From an uncultured Candidatus Rokubacteria bacterium (GTDB taxonomy: Bacteria > Methylomirabilota > Methylomirabilia > Rokubacteriales > CSP1-6): 64,000 nt of DNA. The position numbers and the translations under genes were made by a program. The notes under the pieces were generated by a model. It was not told the origin of the DNA and did no database searches. It saw nothing but the letters and a program-made list of their open reading frames with translations. Where the stretch lies: assembly GCA_963789955.1 (NCBI GenBank), contig CAWBMV010000022.1, positions 416,001 to 480,000 of the forward strand. The letters run 5' to 3'. How positions within the stretch are numbered: position 1 is the stretch's first letter; each line of letters starts with the position of its first letter. This document shows, one piece after another, positions 51,973 through 62,135 of this stretch.

Positions 51973-53189
51973 AGCGACGCATCGCTCTAGTCACGTATGC
52001 ATTGAAGCGTGGGGGGATGGAGACTTTCTTGTTGCAGCTCGGGCGATACATGCAACACGCCGGCTGCGATGTGGAAATCATTACAACCGAGGAGAAAGGG
52101 GAATGGTTCGCGAGAGCGGCCGAGTTCGGCCTGGCGGCACACCATTATGGTCCCGAGAATGACTCAGCACCCGTTAGCGCTCTAATGCACGTGTGGCGTA
52201 TCGGCAGGAAGCTGGCCAAGAGTCGATATGATGTCGTGTTCCTGAACCACGCTCGGTACGCGCAGGCCGGGCTGGGCCTTCTCGGACAAAAGACATTCGT
52301 CGTGCCGATTCTCCACAACACGTTTGATGAGATCTTCGCCGTTGGCTGCTCGAACGAGAATAAGTGGAATGTTTTGGTGGCAGTTAGTCCGTTGGTTGCG
52401 GAGGTGGCTGCTCGTAGAGTCCCTCGCCGTGCGGTTGTAACGATTCCGAATGGCGTCCGGATACCGAGCGAAGCCATTATTCGAGAGAGGCGTCCTCTTG
52501 ATAAAGCGCTGAGACTGACATATCTAGGACGGCTGGAGCATCAGCAAAAAGGTGTGTTGCTGATGCCCGGGATCCTTGAGGGCTGCCTTCGCCGCGGAAT
52601 CGATTGCTCACTGGAAATTGTCGGCGACGGCCCCGATCGCGGCTTACTCGAGGACCAACTGCAACAGAGGGGGCTCGAGGGGCGTTATCGGCTCCGCGGT
52701 CCGGTCGACGGGGATGATGTCTACGGTCTCCTTCTACAATCGCACATGCTGTTGCTCCCATCGTTTTTTGAGGGCCTGCCGCTTGCGCTGTTAGAGGCGC
52801 AAGCTTGCGGTTGCGTACCGGTCGCATCCCTGCTGACCGGATGTACCAATTACGCGGTCCAATCAGGCAGCGATGGAGTATTGGTGAGGCCTGGCGCGAT
52901 AGATGCGTTTGTCGACGCTATCGCGACGCTATATGAAAATCCATCCCGGTGGCACGCGATGAGTGCGGAAGCACACAATACGGCGAGGAGGCGGTTCTCC
53001 ATTGACGCAATGGGTGCGGCCTACCAGGATTTAATGGCGGATCTCTTCGCTGGTCAGTATCCACGGCCGGCCATTCGGCGGAGCGTTCCGTGCGACATGT
53101 CGCTCTTTTCCTGGCGAGACTCTATACCTGCACCGGTGCGGCGTATCAAACGTGCTTTCAAGCGTCGACTTTCGCGCTCCAAGTCCTAA
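51969..53189 (+). CDS. GT4 glycosyltransferase
   Basis: GGMET, IPNGV, LGRL..QKG, VGDGP, PSFFEGLPLALLEAQACG. Confidence 0.88.
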   Translation: MKRRIALVTYALKRGGMETFLLQLGRYMQHAGCDVEIITTEEKGEWFARAAEFGLAAHHYGPENDSAPVSALMHVWRIGRKLAKSRYDVVFLNHARYAQAGLGLLGQKTFVVPILHNTFDEIFAVGCSNENKWNVLVAVSPLVAEVAARRVPRRAVVTIPNGVRIPSEAIIRERRPLDKALRLTYLGRLEHQQKGVLLMPGILEGCLRRGIDCSLEIVGDGPDRGLLEDQLQQRGLEGRYRLRGPVDGDDVYGLLLQSHMLLLPSFFEGLPLALLEAQACGCVPVASLLTGCTNYAVQSGSDGVLVRPGAIDAFVDAIATLYENPSRWHAMSAEAHNTARRRFSIDAMGAAYQDLMADLFAGQYPRPAIRRSVPCDMSLFSWRDSIPAPVRRIKRAFKRRLSRSKS

Positions 53190-53212
53190 TTCATGAAGGC
53201 GTCTGCCGACTG

Positions 53213-54019
53213 ATGTTCTCCGGCCCCAAAGCGCGTGGTGCGTTGGCGATGTCTCGTGTGCGTGCCGCACTGGGGCGGCTATTTCGGCATCATCCGGTGA
53301 ATCCGGCCGCGCGCGCAGTTGACGACTTACCGCCAGATCTTTCAAGCGACGATCGAATAACATGGCGCGCGATCGAGCGCTTCACGATGACTTCTCCCGA
53401 GCGAATCGCGGCGCTGTGTAATGCTGTGCGATACACCGTGAAATACGGCATCCCGGGGGCCATCGTCGAGTGTGGCGTCTGGCGAGGCGGAAGTATGATG
53501 GCCGTGGCTCGAACCCTGCTCCAGCTTGGCGTGACCGACCGCAGCCTTTATCTGTTTGATACGTTCGAGGGAATGCCGGAGCCGACCTATGCTGACGTTG
53601 ATCTCCATCAGCGCGGAGCGCACGGGCTGTTGAGAGATGCGGGCGCTGAATCATCGATCAGGGCCGTCAGCACCCTAGAGACAACGCGCGCCGCTCTTCT
53701 GTCGACAGGTTATCCGGCTCCTCGAATGATCTTCGTGAAAGGCCGCGTTGAGAACACCATTCCTGTGGAAGCGCCGGAACAGATTTCTATTCTGAGACTC
53801 GATACCGACTGGTACGAATCGACGCGACACGAACTTGAACACTTGTTTCCGCGCTTGTCGACGCACGGTGTGCTCATCATCGACGACTATGGTCACTGGC
53901 TTGGTGCTCGGAGAGCCGTGGACGAGTATCTCTTGAGACTTCAAGAACCAATCTTGCTGCAACGCATTGACTACACAGGCAGAATTGCGGTGAAGCCGCG
54001 GTATCAGCTTCCCCGGTGA
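53213..54019 (+). CDS. TylF/MycF/NovP-family O-methyltransferase
   Basis: GAIVECGVWRGGS, LFDTFEGMP, LRLDTDWYEST, IIDDYG. Confidence 0.9.
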   Translation: MFSGPKARGALAMSRVRAALGRLFRHHPVNPAARAVDDLPPDLSSDDRITWRAIERFTMTSPERIAALCNAVRYTVKYGIPGAIVECGVWRGGSMMAVARTLLQLGVTDRSLYLFDTFEGMPEPTYADVDLHQRGAHGLLRDAGAESSIRAVSTLETTRAALLSTGYPAPRMIFVKGRVENTIPVEAPEQISILRLDTDWYESTRHELEHLFPRLSTHGVLIIDDYGHWLGARRAVDEYLLRLQEPILLQRIDYTGRIAVKPRYQLPR

Positions 54020-54077
54020 CCGCTCCAGTCCCGTCCCGGAGATCTTGGTGCGGCTTGGATGTTAAAGGAGTAAAAAC

Positions 54078-54728
54078 ATGTCTTCGTTCGCCGAGCTATT
54101 TGGGAGGCCAAAAAGGATCACAAAAGAAATTATTCGTGGTCTCGGTTACGAAGTCTGCCGTCTGGATCAAGCAGAGGAGCTGAGGGGCTTCAGCTATAAG
54201 GAGGCTCAGTGTTATCGAGCACTGAGTAACCTCGGTGAACTGTCCATTGAGGAGATCCGACTCCTCGGAGAGCTCGTCCGAAAGAGTGATCCGGAGCGAC
54301 CGATCATCGAAATTGGAACGCTTTTCGGGCTGTCGACGATGGTCATGACAACGTTCAAGAATCACGGACAGAGCCTGATTACTGTCGACAACTACTCATG
54401 GAATCCCCTTGGCTTGAGCCCAGAGAGTCACTATCGAATCACTCGTCGCCGATTGTCCGAGGCGATCGAAAAGCATCGCGTAAGCGTCGTTCGTATGGCG
54501 AAGGACGCTTTCTACGACAGCTACGGCGGGCCACCGCCGGCGTTGTTTTTCTGCGATGCCGATCATTCGTACGAGGCGACGAAAGCCGACCTGATGTGGG
54601 CGCAGTCAGTCGGGGCGGACATTATCTGTGGTGATGACTACGACCTGCCGTCAGAAGACGGAGTACGACGTGCCGTCGCTGACATGGGCGGCCCGAGCCA
54701 ACTCGTGGACGGGCTTTTCGTTCTCTGA
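54078..54728 (+). CDS. Class I SAM-dependent methyltransferase (Methyltransf_24-like)
   Basis: IIEIGTLFGLST, DADHSYEA, CGDDY; SD AAGGAG. Confidence 0.82.
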   Translation: MSSFAELFGRPKRITKEIIRGLGYEVCRLDQAEELRGFSYKEAQCYRALSNLGELSIEEIRLLGELVRKSDPERPIIEIGTLFGLSTMVMTTFKNHGQSLITVDNYSWNPLGLSPESHYRITRRRLSEAIEKHRVSVVRMAKDAFYDSYGGPPPALFFCDADHSYEATKADLMWAQSVGADIICGDDYDLPSEDGVRRAVADMGGPSQLVDGLFVL

Positions 54729-54741
54729 GGCAACAGCATTG

Positions 54742-55902
54742 ATGCGGATCTCGGTCATCTTTGGCACTCGGCCTGAGGCGATCAAGCTTGCTCCCGTTGT
54801 GGTCGCTCTCAAGAAAGAGAAGCGAGTGCAGTGCAGAGTGTGCGTGACCGCTCAACATCGGGAGATGCTCGATCAGGTCCTGAGCGTCTTCGATATCGTT
54901 CCTGATGACGACTTAGCGATCATGCACCGCAATCAGGACCTTGCGTCGCTCACAGCCCGCGGATTGGAGAAGGTGGACTCGTATCTCAAAAGGGAGCGCC
55001 CTGGACTCGTAATTATCCAGGGGGATACGACGACAACGTTGATCTCCGCTCTGGCGGCATTCTATAACCGTATTCCGATTGCTCACGTCGAGGCGGGATT
55101 GCGGACGCATAACCTCAAGGCGCCGTGGCCAGAGGAGGCGAACCGTGTGTTGACATCTCATCTGGCGGATATTCACTTCGCGCCCACGCAGAGTAGCCGC
55201 GCGAATCTGCTAAACGAGGGAATTCCCAATCATCGGATCTACGTCACAGGGAACACGGTAATCGATGCGCTCCTATTGGCTAGAAACCGAGTTCGGAGGT
55301 GCGCGCCCGTCGTCCCGGGACTGAACAGAGAACTCTCGGCCAGCAATTCCTCGACGAGCATGGTGCTAATCACAGGCCACCGGCGCGAAAGCTTCGGCAA
55401 GGGCTTCGAGTCGATCTGCCGAGCCATTGCAGAACTGGCGAAAAGATTCCCGCGAGTCCAATTCGTCTATCCGGTCCATCTCAATCCCAATGTTCAAAAG
55501 ATCGTAAAGAGCATGCTGGGAGCCAAGGCAAAGGGAGTACGAGTTCTTCCCAACGTCCATTTGCTTGATCCGCTTCCGTATCTTCCGTTCGTCTCGCTGA
55601 TGGACCGGGCTACGCTGATTCTTACCGATTCGGGGGGAGTGCAAGAGGAGGCGCCGAGCCTCGGAAAGCCTGTTCTCGTCATGAGGGAGGTTACGGAGCG
55701 TCCGGAGGCGGTGAACGCGGGAACCGCCAGACTCGTCGGGACACGAACCGAAAGTATCGTGCGCGAAGTCTCGCGACTCTTGACTGAAAGGCCGGCCTAC
55801 CGGGCAATGTCAAGGGCAGTGAATCCGTACGGAGATGGCAAAGCGACGGAGCGTATAGTACGCGTCATCTTGGGACTCAGGGCGTCGTTAGCTGGCCCAT
55901 GA
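54742..55902 (+). CDS. wecB: UDP-N-acetylglucosamine 2-epimerase (non-hydrolysing)
   Basis: FGTRPEAIKLAP, QGDTTT, HVEAGLRT, WPEEANR, HRRESFG, TDSGGVQEE, NPYGDG. Confidence 0.95.
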   Translation: MRISVIFGTRPEAIKLAPVVVALKKEKRVQCRVCVTAQHREMLDQVLSVFDIVPDDDLAIMHRNQDLASLTARGLEKVDSYLKRERPGLVIIQGDTTTTLISALAAFYNRIPIAHVEAGLRTHNLKAPWPEEANRVLTSHLADIHFAPTQSSRANLLNEGIPNHRIYVTGNTVIDALLLARNRVRRCAPVVPGLNRELSASNSSTSMVLITGHRRESFGKGFESICRAIAELAKRFPRVQFVYPVHLNPNVQKIVKSMLGAKAKGVRVLPNVHLLDPLPYLPFVSLMDRATLILTDSGGVQEEAPSLGKPVLVMREVTERPEAVNAGTARLVGTRTESIVREVSRLLTERPAYRAMSRAVNPYGDGKATERIVRVILGLRASLAGP

Positions 55903-55950
55903 CGAATTGCTGCTAAGCGTTCCGCGCGCAATGCCAGGTGTGGCGAGACT

Positions 55951-56859
55951 ATGAGGCAGATTATCGACCGACTGTTCCCGGGGCTGATGCACCGGTTAGC
56001 GCCGACTGTGATGGAGACCCTCGACCAGGCGGAGTATGCCAAGCGGTGGGTCTACCCGGTGCCGAGCGAGCTGACAGAATATTACAGAACGGCCCGACGA
56101 CTCTGTATGGCCGGGATCGACCTGAACGATAAAGAACAGCTTGAGCGCGTCCAGAGGTGGCGTTCCGAATCGATACATCAAGCTCTCTACGAGAGCTTGC
56201 GCAACGATGTGACGATTAACGTGCCTACCGACTGGGGTAACTTCCTCGGTCGCGGAGCCATCCAGAACGGTTACTATCCTACACCTGACGCCGAAATCTA
56301 CGGCTCGATGATCCTCGATTTTCGGCCCGAGCAGATCGTGGAGGTCGGCTCAGGCTTCAGCACGCTGATCGCGCGCAAGGCCGTGGACCACGCGCGCCTT
56401 CACACAAAGATCGTCATCGTAGACCCCGAACCCCGGACATCCGTCGGCCATGTTGTCGATGAAGTGATCGAAGAGCCGGTTGAACGATCTGGGTTGCGTA
56501 ATCGGATCGATTGGTCACGCAAGACGCTGCTCTTCATCGATTCGAGTCATATTTGCCGTGCACGAGGCGATGTACCGTATCTCTACTGCGACGTTATACC
56601 GTCGCTGCCGGGTGGCGTCCTCGTGCATGTACATGATGTCTTCATTCCATTCGATTACCCTTCTAATTATGACCGCTATCTATATACGGAACAGTACGTC
56701 CTGCATGCTCTGTTGACGCACTCGCTTCGGTATAAGGTCGCTCTATCGACGCAATATCTTTCGGTAGCGCATACATCTGAGATGCAGGCAACGTTTGGGT
56801 CGGCCACAGCCGAACATCCGACGTTCGCTGGCGCTAGCTTTTGGTTCGAGGTGCGCTGA
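55951..56859 (+). CDS. Class I SAM-dependent methyltransferase (Methyltransf_24-like)
   Basis: IVEVGSGFST, LFIDSSH, VHVHDVF, EQY. Confidence 0.82.
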   Translation: MRQIIDRLFPGLMHRLAPTVMETLDQAEYAKRWVYPVPSELTEYYRTARRLCMAGIDLNDKEQLERVQRWRSESIHQALYESLRNDVTINVPTDWGNFLGRGAIQNGYYPTPDAEIYGSMILDFRPEQIVEVGSGFSTLIARKAVDHARLHTKIVIVDPEPRTSVGHVVDEVIEEPVERSGLRNRIDWSRKTLLFIDSSHICRARGDVPYLYCDVIPSLPGGVLVHVHDVFIPFDYPSNYDRYLYTEQYVLHALLTHSLRYKVALSTQYLSVAHTSEMQATFGSATAEHPTFAGASFWFEVR

Positions 56860-56899
56860 TTCCAAGTCGGCAATCACGGGGTCGGCTGGGGGGGCTGTG

Positions 56900-57970
56900 A
56901 TGCGTGATGCCCTCTTGACGGTAGCCCGAACTGTTGCCCGGCAACCCGTGGTCCGCACGCTCCTGACGCCGATTCTGCCGCGCGTGCGGCTGATGCGTCG
57001 CGAATGGGAGCGCCCGCACTTCGCCAAGGCGTATCGGGCGCATCTTCGCCGCCAGCTGGGCCACCGCCACCCGCGCCGCCGCGCCTTCCGGGAGTACGCC
57101 CTCCTCAGCCTTGAGCGCGGCGCGCAGGCCGCCGCCCTCGTGCAACGCTACCGCGACGTGCGCGGTACCCGACACCTGGACATCGGCTCGGCCTATGGGG
57201 GGTTCTCGATTGCATTCGTACGGGGCGGCGCCCGGGAATCCGTCGGCGTCGAGCCGGACGCCGACCTGCTGGGCCTGTCGCACGCGCTTCTGCGCGACTT
57301 CCCCTGCGCGGCTCAGCTGATTCAGGGCGACAGCCTGGATGCCTCGTTCATGGCCTCGCTGGGGGTCTTTGATGTGATCACCTGCAATGATGTCCTGGAG
57401 CACGTCGAGGACCCCTGGGCGCTCATCCGTCACATGGCGGCGGCCCTACGGCCAGGCGGTGTAGCCTACGTCGCCATGCCCAACAATCGCGCCTTTGATC
57501 ACGTCCTGGCTGATCCCCACTACGGCCTATTCGGGATCTCGCTCCTGCGAAGAGAGGACGCGCGGCGCTATTACGACCAGGTCCGCGATGCCTCCTGGCA
57601 ACACTATGACGTGGCCGAGTTCTACCCCCTTGCTGAGTATCGCAAGGCGATGGCCCTGGCAGGCCTGGATGCCACGATAGATCCTGATCCCCCGCACTCC
57701 GTCGAGGAACTGGCGGACAGCGTCCGGGATCTGGAACGCACTGCAGAGGCGCGCATCCCCTCCACACTCGACGGGCATGTGCGTCAGCTGGTGCGCCACG
57801 CCGTCGCGGCCTACGTCGGTGACTTCTGGGTGGCGTATGGACGCCGGGAGCCCGACGATCTGCTCCTGAACTACGCTAGCTCCGTATGGCGTGTACTGGC
57901 GCGGAAGCTCACTCAAGCGACCGAGCCAGGCGAGCGTGGCAGGAGCCAATCAAAGGGTTCCCTCATCTGA
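56900..57970 (+). CDS. Class I SAM-dependent methyltransferase
   Basis: HLDIGSAYGG, FDVITCNDVLEHV, LRPGG..MPN. Confidence 0.85.
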   Translation: MRDALLTVARTVARQPVVRTLLTPILPRVRLMRREWERPHFAKAYRAHLRRQLGHRHPRRRAFREYALLSLERGAQAAALVQRYRDVRGTRHLDIGSAYGGFSIAFVRGGARESVGVEPDADLLGLSHALLRDFPCAAQLIQGDSLDASFMASLGVFDVITCNDVLEHVEDPWALIRHMAAALRPGGVAYVAMPNNRAFDHVLADPHYGLFGISLLRREDARRYYDQVRDASWQHYDVAEFYPLAEYRKAMALAGLDATIDPDPPHSVEELADSVRDLERTAEARIPSTLDGHVRQLVRHAVAAYVGDFWVAYGRREPDDLLLNYASSVWRVLARKLTQATEPGERGRSQSKGSLI

Positions 57971-58237
57971 GGGGCAGCCGGTGTGTCAAATTCGGACTCG
58001 GGGTGGCACGACGATCGATTCGATCACCAGCGATCTTGCCAGTCGCGGGCACCCGCGGCGTGGCGTGCCAGGGCGTCCGCTCCCACGGTCGAGTGGCGTT
58101 AATAGTTGGCGAGTGCTCCATCCCGGTCTGTAGCTGTGGGCAGGCCGACAGAGCCCCCGCTGACGTGGGGAGGGGAGCGACGAGTTCCGACAATGGCGTC
58201 TACGAAGGTCGCCGCGCGGCCGAGCGGCAGAAGGACG

Positions 58238-58520
58238 ATGGCATCCCCAGCGATCGACAACCCGCTCGAAAGCATCGCGCTCTTGCCGGAGGACTGGCAC
58301 GCGGCCGGCTCGGTGACGATGCCCGTGCTGCGCGGTCTCGCGCGGCTGGCATCCGCCCGCCGCATCGATCACTCCATGGAGACTGGATCGGGAAAGACGA
58401 CGCTGCTGTTGTCGTCCTGAGCGCTGATCACACCGTCTTCGCGATCGACGAGTACGACGGCGTGAACCCCCGCAGCATCGGCAACGTGCGCGCGTCGCCG
58501 CTGCTCGAGTCAGCTATCGT
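58238..58520 (+). pseudogene. Truncated methyltransferase fragment
   Basis: SD AAGGA; WHAAGSV..SMETGSGKTTLLLS, frameshift, LSADHTVFAID..VRASPLL, then coding pattern is lost. Confidence 0.55.
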
Positions 58521-58751
58521 GGCTGAAGCCGTTGGTTCCTCGCTGGCTGGTGCCGCTCCTGCGCGGGCTGCGTGGAAGCTGACGACACCCTCGGGCGGCG
58601 CGGCGCGATCTGCTCGCTCGTGCCCGATACGACGTGGTTTGCTAGGCTCCGTACCCGTGAGCGAATCACCTCGCGAGACGAAGGAAGAGAGTAGGCGACG
58701 AGTTGGCCCGCAGCGCGGACCTGCTCGAGGCCGTGGCCGCAGTCACGGTCA

Positions 58752-60029
58752 TCATAGCCAACTCCGTGTCCCAAGAAACCCGGTCCGATTTACACGGTCT
58801 CTACCGTCTCGTGTCACTTCGGCGGCGACGCGAAGGAACTGCTTCGCGATTGTCGTCGACTCATAACGGCATGCAAGCGATTCAGGTGGGGCATATCGAC
58901 CGAGACCACCCCGAACGAAAGCATCAAACAAGATCTGAAGAGCGTCCGCGACCCCGCCCGAATCGTGTGGGCCGACGCGGATAATCCCTCCCTCTTTGCT
59001 AAGATCATTTACGGTTCCGGTGGCTGGGCTCAATGCGATGATCGGCTTGCGTGCAGCGATGTAGTCGCAGAGCTTAGAAGGCAGGAAGATCCCCGTGTCT
59101 AGATCGGCCTCGACGAGCAGACAGGCGGTCGCACTCGCGATGAATGCCAAGCTTTCGTCGTAGCCGACCTGACCGATGGACGTGACAGACGATTCGACGC
59201 CGAGCGCGGCCGCGTACTGGGCTGTCACTGGATCCTCGGGCCCTACGAAGACCAGTCTGGTGCGAGGTCGCGCGGCGGGGTTGACCGCAAAGAACTGCGC
59301 GAGGCCCTCAATCATCGCATTCGCTCGGCGTCCAGTCGCTTCATGCATCCGTAGCTTGCCCGCATGAACAATGACAAAGTCTCGCTCATTGGAAGTGACG
59401 TCCACGGATGCGCCAACGTGGGGAATGACTTCGACTCGTTTCCGGCGAAATCCCTGTAACGTATAGTCTCGGAGGCGTTCGCAGGGAAATGTTACGGCCG
59501 ACGCCTTCGCTAGTACCCGCAGTCGCCAAAATCCCTCGCTGGCGCCATGCTTCCATTCGGACCTCGCTTTCGGGTCGACAATGAATCGAGAGAGATCCCA
59601 CGGATCATTGAAGTTGACGATCCAGGGAATTCCAAGGTCCGAGGATACCCAATAGCCGGCGATATGCGCATACCAGGGATATGAGCGGGAGACAACGAGT
59701 GTGAACTTCTTCTTGTTGTTCAGTTCGCGTGCTTTCGCGATGACCGCCTTTGTCCAGCCTGTCCACGTGGTTGTCTGATACCTGACGCCTCGCCACGCTC
59801 GCGCAATCAGCGATGCACGTGCTGGATTGGGGACATCCACGGTCACGCGCCGCAACGGCTCCCAACGCCTCGACCCGTCCGCCAGGAGCGGCGGCTGCAT
59901 GCCCGTGTGACAGCAGATGACAGACACGTCGACATTGGTTGGGAGCAGAGCCTGGGCAAACTTACCGCCGCAAAACGCCTCGGCGTCGATGCGCGGAGCA
60001 AAGACTGGACTGACGATAAGTATGTTCAT
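58752..60029 (-). CDS. GT4-like glycosyltransferase, inverted relative to the cluster
   Basis: MNILIVSPVF, PWIVNFNDPW, IVHAG, PSKLCDYIAARKPII. Confidence 0.78.
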   Translation of the reverse strand: MNILIVSPVFAPRIDAEAFCGGKFAQALLPTNVDVSVICCHTGMQPPLLADGSRRWEPLRRVTVDVPNPARASLIARAWRGVRYQTTTWTGWTKAVIAKARELNNKKKFTLVVSRSYPWYAHIAGYWVSSDLGIPWIVNFNDPWDLSRFIVDPKARSEWKHGASEGFWRLRVLAKASAVTFPCERLRDYTLQGFRRKRVEVIPHVGASVDVTSNERDFVIVHAGKLRMHEATGRRANAMIEGLAQFFAVNPAARPRTRLVFVGPEDPVTAQYAAALGVESSVTSIGQVGYDESLAFIASATACLLVEADLDTGIFLPSKLCDYIAARKPIIALSPATGTVNDLSKEGGIIRVGPHDSGGVADALQILFDAFVRGGLGRYAPPESLACRYESTTIAKQFLRVAAEVTRDGRDRVNRTGFLGTRSWL

Positions 60030-60128
60030 ATCTTCAAAAGAGTTCAGCTATAGGCTTTCCAGGGTTTTCGTAGCACCACGCAATGTCGTTAGCGCAATGA
60101 GCGAACTCTGAATGCCTCCATTGCCAGA

Positions 60129-60566
60129 ATGCTCTCACATCCGCCCATCCTGTTCATAGGGGAGAACCAGCCATACGGCGCAGTCCACGGCGGCGGATTG
60201 CGGACTCGAGTAACGATCGAAGCGCTCGCGCGCGTGGGGCACGTCACGGTTCTGCCGGGCGTTCGCCGGTCTTGGAGCGCAGATGCAGTGGCAGAGACGG
60301 CTCGGAGGTTCGAGCTGGCTCCCGCTGTGTGGTATTGCGGTGGAACGAGACCCCGTTATTCGCGTGGATTCAGCGGAATCTCAGCCCTCGATGGCATGGA
60401 CACTGATGGCTTTCATATCGACGCAAGCGACGGACCAGTCGTCGACCGGGTTCTTCGGCGCAGCGAGTTGGTATGGGTGGGGCGCAACGCATACATGCGC
60501 TCTGCCGCGCATGGCTCTGGCGTCGTCGAGAGAAGCTTCTTGACGAACGCTTTCACCACTTTGTGA
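60129..60566 (+). pseudogene. N-terminal fragment of a GT4-like glycosyltransferase
   Basis: ILFIGENQPYGAVHGGGLRT..ALARVGHVTVL parallels the start of the next gene; no C-terminal domain. Confidence 0.45.
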
Positions 60567-60645
60567 TAATGCAAGTGTTCGTATCGTACGCTCTTGTGGA
60601 GTATCAAGCGATGAGTAGGATCCGGCCGGCGCCGACGGGAGGATC

Positions 60646-61833
60646 ATGTCCGCCCTGAAAATCTTGTACGTGACATCTCACTGGCCGGGCGCGGCGCCGT
60701 ATGGGGCGCAGCAGCGAGTACAGCAGATCGGACGCCTGCTCAAGCAGTGTGGCGACGTCAGCGTCGTCGTCGTGACCGACGACGACCGTTGGCGCAAGCA
60801 GAGCGAAGCCGAGTTCGACATTGTGCGTGTCGTCCCTGTGAGGCCGTCATCGGCAGGTGGGATCGTTGGCCGCCTGCGCCACGAGCTCGATCCCGGATAT
60901 CTGCAGACCGTTCCTTTAGGGGTCGATGCCAGCGAGCGCGAGGCGGTTCTGGATCTGGTGGCAGGGCACGACCTGGCATGGGTTCACACGATAAAAACAG
61001 CCGATCTTCTGCGCATCGACCGCTGGCCACACGCGATCCTGGACATCGACGACATTCCGAGTGGCCTTTATGCATCGTCGGCCCGGGCGGATGGAGCAGT
61101 CGGCAGACGGCTGCTCGACTGGCGAATGAGTGTGATCTGGAGGCGTCGGGAGCGAAGGCTCGCCGAGCGATTCAGCGTGCTCCTGGTCTGTAGTGAGATC
61201 GATCGGCAGTACCTCGGAATCGAGCAGGTCCGCGTGTTGCCGAATGGATTCGAGCGTCTGGCGCGCGTGTCCCGTTCTCCCGCTCAACCGCCTCGACTCG
61301 GCTTCATCGGGAACTTCCAGTGGTACCCCAATGTCGAAGGCGTCCGCTGGTTTTGCGGCAACGTGTGGCCGCTGGTCCGGCGGGAGCTGCCACAAGTCGA
61401 GCTTCGCGTCGTAGGGGAGGGAACGGAGGTGGCGAGCGGTTGGGGGCGCGACATCTCGGGGCTCGGTCGGATGCGTAACGTGGGAGACGAGATCGCCAGC
61501 TGGTCTGGCATGATCGTCCCGATCCGTACCGGTGCGGGAACACGCATAAAGGTTGTCGAGGCTTTCGCCAGGTGCTGTCCGCTGGTCGCGACGAGCCTGG
61601 GCGCCTATGGCTATGATCTACGCGACGAAGAGGAGCTGTTTCTGGCCGACACGCCGGATGTCTTCGCGCGTCGGTGCCTTGAATTGATCCGCGATCCACA
61701 GCGCGCCGAGGCCATGGCCGAGCGCGCACATCGGCGCTTCCTGATGTGCTGGACGTGGGAGTCGTACGCCGAGATCGTGCGAGCGGCGGTGCACGACGTC
61801 TGCAGGAAGGGCTCTGGGGTGAGAGACACATGA
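60646..61833 (+). CDS. GT4 glycosyltransferase
   Basis: LPNG, FIGNFQWYPNVEG, VPIRTGAGTRIKVVEAFA. Confidence 0.86.
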   Translation: MSALKILYVTSHWPGAAPYGAQQRVQQIGRLLKQCGDVSVVVVTDDDRWRKQSEAEFDIVRVVPVRPSSAGGIVGRLRHELDPGYLQTVPLGVDASEREAVLDLVAGHDLAWVHTIKTADLLRIDRWPHAILDIDDIPSGLYASSARADGAVGRRLLDWRMSVIWRRRERRLAERFSVLLVCSEIDRQYLGIEQVRVLPNGFERLARVSRSPAQPPRLGFIGNFQWYPNVEGVRWFCGNVWPLVRRELPQVELRVVGEGTEVASGWGRDISGLGRMRNVGDEIASWSGMIVPIRTGAGTRIKVVEAFARCCPLVATSLGAYGYDLRDEEELFLADTPDVFARRCLELIRDPQRAEAMAERAHRRFLMCWTWESYAEIVRAAVHDVCRKGSGVRDT

Positions 61834-62135
61834 ATCGACAGTGGCGGAGACGGCCCGGAGATTCGAACTCGGCCCCCCAACACGCTAGTATGGCGAAAAA
61901 AGACGGCGTCTGTTTGTGCGGATTCAGCGAATGTCAGTCCCCGCAGAATCTTTGTACTCGCGTTGCCCTGATGGTGGATGCGGGTCATAATTCACGACGG
62001 GACCATGAGACTAACGGACGTCTATAGAATTCGCTCTGCCGACTGTTGGGGGCCGGCCATTGTCCGATGCGTACAGGTTCGGAACATCGGCCATCGCCGA
62101 GCGGGTGGGCGCCAAGGCACATCGTCCTATCTGAC

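Noticed and set aside
58004..58019. TGGCACG sigma54 -24 box
   Set aside because: The -12 position reads GA, not GC
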